From Phoronis australis (taxonomy: Eukaryota > Animalia > Phoronida), in NCBI GenBank assembly GCA_002633005.1, contig NMRA01000728.1:114216-178215 (forward strand): DNA of 64,000 bases, in the 5' to 3' direction. Below are positions 26,461 to 36,600 of this stretch, piece by piece (position 1 is the stretch's first letter; every line of letters begins with the position of its first letter). The notes beneath the pieces were generated by a model. The model was not told the origin of the DNA. It worked only from the letters and a program-made list of their open reading frames with translations, and made no database searches. The position numbers and the translations under genes were made by a program.

Positions 26461-27992
26461 TTTTTATGCGCCCACATATTTATATGTGGACGCATTATGT
26501 CATCTCCGTCCGTCCGTCCGTCCGTCCGTCCGTCCGTCCGTCCGTCCGGGCGGCGTCCGTCCGGCGTCCGGCGTCCGCTGCTCTATCTCCAAAACCCTTT
26601 AACATACGTTCATGAAATTTGGCACATATGTTCCATTCATAAATGGGACGGTATGTGCGAACTTTCGGACGGATCCGACTACCGGTGTGCCCCCTAGTGG
26701 CAATTTTAATTTTTTACGCTTACCTTTGTATTCGAAAGTCCTGAACGGATTTTCATGAAATTTGGTATGTAGGCACCTATTAGTGAGATGACGCTATCCT
26801 CCCGTTTTCAGATGGATTCGACATAGTTTGTGCCACCTAGTGGTCATTTTTACTGTTTTCGAGTCTGTATTTTTGCGTCCACCCCTCTATCAACCAAACC
26901 GCTCAAAGGATGAATCTGAAAATTGGCATGTATGTGCTTGCTATAAAGAAGACAGCTGACAATGATTTTCAGACGATTTGGACTACTGTGGCGCTTCCTA
27001 GTGGCAGTTTTTTTTTTGCGCCTATGGCTGTATCTCCTAAACCGTTCGCAGGATCTTTACGAAATTTAATAGCCTAAGTGTATTTATATGATGTTAACAA
27101 CAGACGATGACGACTTTTGGACGGATCTGCCTACCAGCGTGCCCCCTGGTGACAATTTTATTTTTTTACGTTTATCTCTGTATCTTCACAAGTCCCTTAA
27201 CGGATTTTCATGAAATTTGGTATGTAGGCACCTATTAGTGCGATGACGCTATCCTCCCGTTTTCGGATGGGTTCGACCTGGTTTGCGACACCCAGTGGCC
27301 ATTTTTACTGGTTTTGAGTCTGTTTTTGGCGTCCACCCCTCTATCAACCAAACCGCTCTAAGTATGATTCTGAAAATTGGCATGTATGTTCTTACTATGA
27401 AGAGGACGGTTGACGCTGAATTTCCCATGACTTTGATTACTGTGGCGCCTCCTAGTGGCAGTTTTTTTTTTGCGCCCATGGCTGTATCTCCCAAACTGTT
27501 TGCAGGATCTTTACTAAATTTAGCAAGTGTATTTATGTGATGTTGACAACGGATAATGACGACTTTAGGATGATTCTGGCTACCGGTATGCCTCTAGTGG
27601 CAATTTAAGTATTTTACATTGACCTATGTATTTGCATAGGTCTTCAGGTGTATACTTTGTGTTACTTCGTGACTATGAAGGAAAAGTTCCAAGTAAAAAT
27701 TTGTTTCTAATGCTGTGCTAATCTCGTATGTTGGTAAATTTGTTTTTAATTCTATGTTTCTGTGGTGCTTTAATCAACTGATGTATACGATGTGCTTGTA
27801 TTATAAAGATCACTCACATTTTGCCCCTAGCCTATTGAGGAGACAATGACCATGCCTTTCCATTTTGCAAAGTACAACATACTACATATATGCCCTCTAC
27901 TGGCCACTTTATGGTACCAATAAACAACCCTAGAAGGATACCGTATACGGTGCAATTGTGGGCGCATTTCAACGCTCTGCGTTGCTCTTGTT
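26461..27992 (+). mobile_element. Helentron-associated / DINE-1-like non-autonomous element with internal tandem repeats
   Basis: 5' T-run; subTIR atgcgcccaca (26466-26476) with an adjacent IR forming a hairpin; (CCGT)n at 26506-26577; about 150-bp core repeats (455-bp trimer period); 3' subTIR tgtgggcgcat (27957-27967); palindrome caacgc-tct-gcgttg; end ctcttgtt. This is the established HINE/DINE-1 layout. Confidence 0.85.
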
Positions 27993-30753
27993 ATTTATGT
28001 TTTGAAAGGCATGCAGCGGTAGCGGATAGTTACAACAAGGAGCATCTGAAGCTGTTGGTGAGGAGGATGGCACTGATGAACAGGCAGCTGTACTATGTGG
28101 ACTACACCATATGTTTAGACCGACAGCGACTGCACAGACTTTTGTCAAGGTAATGCGACTTAAAAAATCTTCATAATTTTCCTCACATGTTTGTTTGTTT
28201 TTTGTTTAAGAGATGACGAACTTCATCCATCGAGGGAGGGGTGTAACATGATGAGTTTAGTACTTCACTCTTTGTTTATACTGTTAGCTGCAATTAATCA
28301 TAGCCAACAACATTATACATAGTGTATGCTAGTAGCGGTGTTGTCTCAGTCATGATTTGTATGCTGTAGAGCTCAGATCACTTATTATAAATAAGTCTCT
28401 TTTATCTTAGTCTTGATAGTACATAAAATATTACCGGGAACAGTGTTCCCAACAAAGGCAACATTCTTTCATGTCATTTTAGTAAAAATAAGGCTTGTTA
28501 ATTATACCAGACATGTTTTTCAGTTAATTACAGCTTTTCGTAATTTAATTAATTACTCGTCCCCTACTCCGGAAGTGACCTTTATGGAGTCCAGGCGTGC
28601 GTTCAGTAGACGCTAGGACTTACACTAGCACCTAGCTAAAGCTTAGTCCAAGTCACGTGTTCTCATTTAAAATACATGGCAATATCTCACGTAATCTCGC
28701 GAAGTCTTGCTTTTTAGTGAGGTCCTAGCGTTACTGAACGGGAGGCAGAATTATGCGCCACTTATTTTCCCATAGTCTGATTGTGAGAACTGTTGAGTCA
28801 GTCATTGTTCTATCTCGGTTGTGATAAGTTCGATCATACTTTACTTTTGTTTACGAGTCATTCAACATGCCACATACTTGCTGCATAACGGGATGTACTC
28901 ATTATCGTCTTGCACACTCTAGGTGTACCATTACATCACTGCATGCAGTTCGACACCCAGTGAGGAGGGGTTTGTCGTTCAATGAATAGGCCTGTGAGCC
29001 AAATTTTGATAAGTTTGCTCTGGACTTGTCTAAAGTATTGGAGCTATTTAGAAGGTGCCAGGTGTATGTATGTGTGGCGAAGGAGTCACATGGCGGTATG
29101 TAAGCGGTTTGGGTGCCCAGGTGACCATCCAGTGGAAACAGCATAGGCATTCCATTGTAGTCGGCATTACAGTGCACACCGTACATTTGCACCAAGACGT
29201 CCCACCACATCTGTCCTCAGTCTCTACCTCATTCCTCTCAAAAGCTGTGTCTGTGCGTACTATGTCTCATTATACTGGCGCTCAAACATATATATACCTG
29301 TTATGTTATGGATGAAAATAGTAGACACTAGATAAACACAGATTGACTAGGAACAGTACATATGTGGTTTATTCCAATGTGGCTCAGACTGGAAGAAGAG
29401 GGAGGAAGCTCTCTAGTACAGCCACCCACTGACCGTCCGTGAAAAAAATACACAATCACCACTGCTATGACATGGGTGGCACAGCACTGAAAAAAGTGGG
29501 GGCTAAAGCCCCCCTGCCCCCTCTGTAGTGAACCGCCCATGAACAATATCTCCGTCTGCTCACGTTGTTTCAGTCACTGTGAGATGGGTTGCCGACGAGA
29601 AGCTCTACAGTAATTAATTGAAAAATATGTATTGTGTAACCAACGAACCTTATTTTTTACTAAAAGTAACATGAAAAAAGGTTGCCTTCGCTTTTAAGTC
29701 TATTGTGGAAGCAGCTGAAAAATACGAATAGGAATAAACAATATAGCATGTATTTGATAGCTGTAATGATTTTGCCGCATTTCCTTTTAGTATTGGGCCA
29801 TTATACCAGGCAGGTGTTGGATACTGTGATGTGATATCCTGATGCACTGTTGAGACTGCCACCAATTACTGGTAAGTGTAGAGTTGTGAATCCAATTGTT
29901 TTTAGCTTCAGTTAGGTGGAGGTTATATTTCGAGCAGAAGTTGTTTCTTTTGTTTGTGATAATTCTCATATTGACTAGCGTTGTTTATTATTGTGCTGCC
30001 GGATTTAGGGGAGGTGGGACCATAGACTATAGAATGTGGACCACCAAGTCTGTATTATTTTCAATGGCCGAAATCTGTGGTCCTCTTACGCATACGCTTT
30101 GATATCATTTATTCACTAGCGACACCTGGCAGACAAGGCATGCTTTACTTCCCGCAAGTACATCTTTTCTTAATCACGGTCATTGTGTCGCGATTTGGAT
30201 CGGCGATTTTGTTCAACTCACATCCGGGTTTAAATAAATTGAACGCTCGTAAAACGTAAACTTCTAGGTGAAGCTCATATTAATACTCCAGAAATAACCT
30301 CCATTCCTACTCAAGAGCCAGTCCCGCACTTCAGCAGCAGTTTACATACTCTGTGAGACATTTCATTTTAATGTTATTTCTAACCTGATTCACAAAAAAT
30401 GGAAAAGGACTCGATGGATTTCGCTGAAACTTTCCAAACTTAATATTTAGTCATCAATCTCAAAAACAGTGTTAGGATTTTTGATATAAAGGCCTAGTTT
30501 TTGTTTAATGTGACAAAGACGAATACGACTTCAACTTTTTACCAAAATACCTTACCTTTTGCGAGTTGATTTGTCATAGAAACCAAATGAACAGACTAAT
30601 TGAAAATTCCTTACAGTGTTTTTGAGGTAACTGGTGAAGTTTTCATTTAAAAAAGGTTTCATTAAAATCGACCGAGGGGTTATTTTGCTAAATATGCCAC
30701 CTGAAGGCAGACATATAACGCCACCTACGGGGATGACCTACTAAATAACGGGT

Positions 30754-32256
30754 AGATAAAATTAGGTAGATCAAGTAGAGCAGGTAGATAAAGTTCATGA
30801 CATAATCAATGGGGTCACCATTTTAGAGACTCCGCACAAGCATTTCAACTAATTCAACTATTCCCACTAATCGCTGTGCCACCTGCAGGAAAAGACTGAT
30901 AACCATCATGACAGTAGCAAAAGGCTCACAACTTAAGAGACACAGAAGAGGCGTTCCAAGTAATTCAACTATTCCCACTAATCACTGCGCCACCTGCAGG
31001 GACAGAGAACGTACATGACATCATCAACTGACTCACAAGTTTAGAAACATCAAACACGCATTTCAACTAATTCAACTATTTCCACTAATCGCTACGCCAC
31101 CTGCAGGCACACCTGCTATCAAACATGAAGTCAGCAACAGGCCCACAATTTGAGAGACAGAGAACACACATTTTAACTAATTCAACTATTCCCACTAATC
31201 GCTACGCCACCTACAGGCAGATTGAAAAAGTACATGACGCCAGCAAAAGGCTCACCAGGCTAACAAAGTGAGAGACTCAGAACAAGCATTTCAACTTATT
31301 CAACTATTCCCACTAATCGCTGCGCCACCTGCAGGGATAGGCTGATAACAATCATTATGTCAGTTACAGGCTCACAGCTTAAGAAACACAGAACCCACAT
31401 TTCAACTAATTTAACTATTCCCACTAATCGCTATGCCACCTGCAGGCAGATAAAATTAGGTAGATCAAGTAGAGCAGGTAGATAAAGTTCATGACATAAT
31501 CAATGGGGTCCCCATTTTAGAGACTCCGCACAAGCATTTCAACTAATTCAACTATTCCCACTAATCGCTGTGCCACCTACAGGAAAAGACTGATAACAAT
31601 CATGACAGTAGCAAAAGGCTAACAACTTAAGAGACACAGAAGAGGCGTTCCAAGTAATTCAACTATTCCCAATAATCACTGCGCCACCTGCAGGGACAGA
31701 GAACGTACATGACATCATCAACTGGCTCACAAGTTTAGAAACTCCAAACACGCATTTCAACTAATTCAACTATTCCCACTAATCGTTACGCCACCTGCAG
31801 GCACACCTGATATCAAACATGAAGTCAGTAACAAGCCCACAACTTGACAGACACAGAACATGCATTTCAACTAATTCAACTATTCCCACTAATCACTGCG
31901 CCACCTGCAGGCAAGTCAGTGACTCGAGCAGGTAGATAAAGTTCATGACATAATCAATGGGGTCACCATTTTAGAGACTCCACACACGCATTTCAACTAG
32001 TTCAACTATTCCCACTAATCGCTACGCCACCTACAGGCAGATTGAAAAAGTACATGACGCCAGCAAAAGGCTCACCAGGCTCACAAAGTGAGACACAGAA
32101 CAAGCATTTCAACTTATTCAACTATTCCCACTAATCGCTGCGCCACCTGCAGGGATAGGCTGATAACAAACTTTATGTCAGCTACAGGCTCACAGCTTGA
32201 GAAACGCAGAACCCACATTTCAACTAATTCAACTATTCCCACTAATCGCTATGCCA
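30754..32256. repeat. Satellite array: 13 copies of a 50-bp conserved core plus variable linkers of about 57-87 bp; 694-bp higher-order repeat
   Basis: Core gcatttcaactaattcaactattcccactaatcgctgcgccacctgcagg starts at 30840, 30951, 31058, 31168, 31286, 31397, 31534, 31645, 31752, 31862, 31988, 32104 and 32215; the last is cut by the N at 32257. Confidence 0.95.
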
Positions 32257-33559
32257 NACCATATGAGCGGTCAGTTTTGCGTTTTGTCAACACCGACATT
32301 CTGGCCGTCGTTTGTATAACTACATAATCTATCCGAATTATACAACATAGTGAATTATTTTAAGTATTGCTATAAGCAGTATAACACGAAGTTAAGTATA
32401 CAGGCTGTAGGTTAATGTTTGCATTAGTGCCGCGCATCTACAACGAACTAACACCAGCGTCATGTATACGCGTAAAGTTAGTTTATAAAGGAGTTGCTGT
32501 TACCGAAGATGGAGTTAAAAGTAAAGAACAGTTATTGTGTTTAGAGGGGACCAATCAGTGCTCTAGTTGGAGGGCCAGTCTCCATTGCTAAATTACTCGA
32601 CGTCATTTTATAACCTATCAGAAGCCAGAATAGGTCGGAACTGTCAAGTTTGTTAGAAAATAGTCAGTTACAAACATCCCTACTTGCAAGTAATAAATTG
32701 CAGAATATGTTTCAAGGAGCCTAGATATCTACTCGCACGCACACCTCGAGCGTTTCTACAACTCGCGCCATTTCGCATCACTGTTTGATTTCGGTGAAAA
32801 CTGTTCTGTTATGGGTTGGACGGACAGAGAGCATTTTGGGTAAATACCAGCGGCTTTCTGCCGGACAGTAAAGAGAGTTTCATGGAAATAGAATAGGCAC
32901 AGTACATCCTGCTCATGTAGGCGTTTTTCCGGTTGGAACACACATTTCATGGCGATGTCTGCCTTAGCTACGTTGTTTTTATAAAATGGGATTCTAAAGT
33001 GTCCTAATTGAATGCCGTGGAGGAGTACAAACCTGACAAGTTTCGATAGCTAAGAGATAATGAACACTTACTCGTTGAAAATTGGTTTATGAATCATGAC
33101 GTCTCTTTGTCTTTTTTGTTTAGCGGTAAAAATGTGATCAGAACTTGATTGTCGTATTATACTTGGACCTCATATTCTTATAACATTTTCCTTAAATTTA
33201 ATTGAATATTAGCACAATGCGAAAGCTAGAAAAGAAAAACATTTATGTTAATCGCTGTAATATATATAAACAGTGGTGTATGTTTTATCAATACCCATTC
33301 GTAGCCTTGAGGTATCGCCCATGTAGTTGAATACACTCACGTTGTATCTCCTAATGCACTAGGACTATTTGTATGTTTCGTCTGCATTCTGTTGTGACCG
33401 GTTAACGAGGCATGCAGTGATAACAAGCAATACGCATGCGCTTGCTCATACCTGGCGGTTTTCTTTGATGCGTCCTAACTTGGCCTTGCTACTTAACAGG
33501 TTGCAGGAATTCATGTAGCTCATTCAAAGTCGAGACGCTGACACGTGAAACGAGTAGAA

Positions 33560-33606
33560 ATGAGCGGAGGTCTATCTATAATGACCTGTCCACAGTTACA
33601 GAGCGG
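33560..33606 (+). CDS. PRDM14: PRDM14 putative first coding exon (MSGGLSIMTCPQLQSG)
   Basis: ATG in gaaATG context, donor GG|gtatgt, phase 2 matches the next exon. No homology support; the ATG at 34787 is an alternative start. Confidence 0.5.
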
Positions 33607-36600
33607 GTATGTTGATATTTGGTTATTTTCTAATTAAATATGGACCTTATCTATTAGGCGTTACATCTACAGACACGTTGATGACGAGGGGAAATTAATG
33701 CTGAGTTTTTCAAATTTTGTCAGATTTCTATTATTGTAATGATTGCGATTTTTTTATTTATTACGAACAATAGAAAACGCATTAATGCTATCGTATTTAC
33801 TTTAACATTGCTATGACGTAGCTAAGTGCATCGCTTTAAAACATTAACAAATGCATCTTACAATAATATACTGCTGGCTTGTTAGACTTGAATTGTGAAA
33901 TGATTATTTCGATATTTATCAATTTGCATGTCAATTCTTTTATGGTATGTGGTCCAAACTATAAATCAAAAAGTGGTCTGTCTGAATTATTACAGAAGAT
34001 AATATACCAAAAATGTGCATTTTCTGTTAAAATCATACATCATTTCAAACTTTTTAAAATTGTTTTAAATATAAGACTGGTTTGATAAACAAAGACTGTT
34101 CACTCATTTATGCATAAAGAAATTTAGGGGCTGTCTAAAAAAAATTTGGACTGTTTCTTGCAGAGGGGAACAGACCGTGCGTAAGTAGAACGTGGTTAAA
34201 AGTAAGCCAAATATGAAACTTTGATGGACTAGGAACTGAGCCAAACTGCGGCAAAAATGTATTCCACTGATACAAACCTTTCGATAAAAATAGCAAGTCA
34301 GCGAAAATTTGTCAGTTTTCGTCCATTCTAGCTTTTACCTGTGCGAGAGAAACTTGGTTACTAAGCAACGGCTTTCTTTTCTGTCAATGAAACTAGCAAC
34401 TCATCAGCAACTATTTTCGCTCTTTATAGTGTATGGTAATCATATCTGACTTCCAACTTGAAAGAAATTATGCGTTTGCCTTGAAATTTGTAATTCTGTC
34501 AGAATTTCAATATAGCTTCACATGTATTTTATATAAGATGATGCTATAACAAAATTAAAAATATAGTTTTCATTTAAGGCATATTGAATACTTTTAAATA
34601 CTTCCCTCAAAGTTCAGCAATACTTTAGCATTGCAAATTAATCTTCAAAACCTTTGTACGGAAGTGAAAGAAAAGTATGCCATTTTAAACTCAAGTTTCG
34701 ATACACGAAAATCTTGCAATTGTACTAATGGCTGTGTGATAATTTATCTTTACCTACATACAGTTCAATACATCTTTATTTTCAGTATGCTACCCAGCCA
34801 GACACCATTCCCAGTAGCGTGCCAAGGGATTCCAAACCTCGTGACGTCTCGGCTATTTCCCGTCACCCCGAGGCCTGTTTATTCCGTTCCCATGGGGCAG
34901 TCTCTGTTCACACAACGAGACTTGGATCTTGTCTTGTACGGCTACGCGCCAAATTACTCTTTGTTGGGGACGCACCCACTCAGACATGCTTTGTCCGGCG
35001 TCTTCTCATCCGCAGGTATTTTTTGTTTTTATAACTGGCGTAAAATGAACTGGTGTAAATGACAGTTTAGTAACTGTGGGACAAATGAAATTGTACAACA
35101 AATATTTCGTCGGGAATGCTATGGAAAACAAAAATTCGAAGATGCGTTGTGTAAACTATAGTTGCGTTTCGCCCTGCGTAGTCAACTAATAACGAAAATT
35201 GAATAAGACCATTTACATGATCACCGAAACTAATGGCGACTCAATTAAACGCTTTAGAATTTATTGAAGTTGAACAATCCTAACTACAGGGCCAGGTATC
35301 TAATCTTTGTACTCGAAACGAACTCGAAACTACTTTTGGCAATTTCTCTGCTCCTTTTGTGCAAACTTAAGATAATTAGTTATCAGACTGAGCTCGAATA
35401 CATTATAGTTTAAGCATAGGAGTTTCTAGTTCAAGTTTGCCCTTGAAGACCCTTATATTCGTGCTACAAACTCGAGTAAAAACTTCAAATTTCGAGTTCA
35501 AACTCGAACTTATTGCTTTAATATTGGGTTTACAAACTGTGAACTAAGGGCAATGAATTATCTATATAAGTTATTGTGTACTCGAGCATAGAATAATAGA
35601 CACTTATCTCGAATTCGCCCAAAAGTAGAGTACAAAATGCCAAACCTAATTTCGAGTTCCATTTTGAGTAAAAAGATTGGAGACCGGACCCTGGTTTCAA
35701 TATGGTCCGTCTGCGTATTGCCAGTCACTTGAATTGTCAGTACATTCAGTATTAATTCCAAGATGGGATGACATTCGTAATAAATTCGTCAAGAATTCAA
35801 CACTGACGGCTTAATAACAAGGTCGCAATACAGCTTTGACTCATAGATGTAGTTTGTAATCGATTAGTCTGTGATACCAAGTTAGATAATCGCAATAACA
35901 AAAAAAAAACGAATTTCATGAAATTCTGGAATCCACACTTGTTGTTTCGTTTTATAATTTCGAGAGTTCTAGACATAAAATGGGAAATAGAGAAAATGAT
36001 GCGTAAAGAAAAGTCTTATTGATTAAAAGAGATCAAAGTTAGGGTGTGTCACAACTGCTATGTAATCCTGTCTTCATTGGTGAAAGTGATAAAAAATTTT
36101 GTTGACAGATAAAGTAAGAACTTAAGACAATCCAGAAGGGTGTAGTACATGTCTTAAATATTCACCGAACTTTTTGTTTCCGCCAATTACGAACGTAATT
36201 AGACTCATTTAGATACGTTTTCCTTTGTTTTTAACCAATTAGAGACATGTAATTAGAATCATCAGTTCTCTTTGTTTTCAACAGTGAATGGCACAGAATA
36301 AGATTTGTCCATTTCAAGTTGTTCCTAAATTATTTTATTTCTTTGATTACAGACCTGCGTTTATTTGCGTTACTTTTCGTTAAAAAAATAAGTTTCGCGT
36401 CATATAACAGTCGTTGGCGCACTGCCAGAAAACAAAATAATAAAGCTGACGATTTTATGTCAGTGTCTGTTTATTTTGAAAAAATAATGACATGCTAAGG
36501 AGCATATCTTGCCAATGAATTTGAACTAAACAGATTTGCGTTAAAATTGGTTTCATATGGAGGCAACTATAGCGAAGCGCATGTATATCCTGAGGTTATG

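Larger units (their letters stand above)
18331..33220 (+). repeat. Segmental duplication, copy B (FABP-B plus large insertion)
   Basis: Colinear with copy A at high identity with small indels up to 23532, interrupted 23533-32257, homology resumes after the N. Confidence 0.88.

Noticed and set aside
28009-28149. Exon-like segment (aaag| ... aag|gtaatg) and similar ones near 24915-25028, as a possible transposase relic
   Set aside because: No recognisable motif, stops in most frames, and no coherent multi-exon ORF could be assembled.
30754-32256. True CRISPR array
   Set aside because: Eukaryotic spliced-gene context and no cas genes. Linkers are homologous to one another (catga..ggctcac..gagac) and recur in a 694-bp higher-order repeat; the core is 50 bp and linkers are too long.
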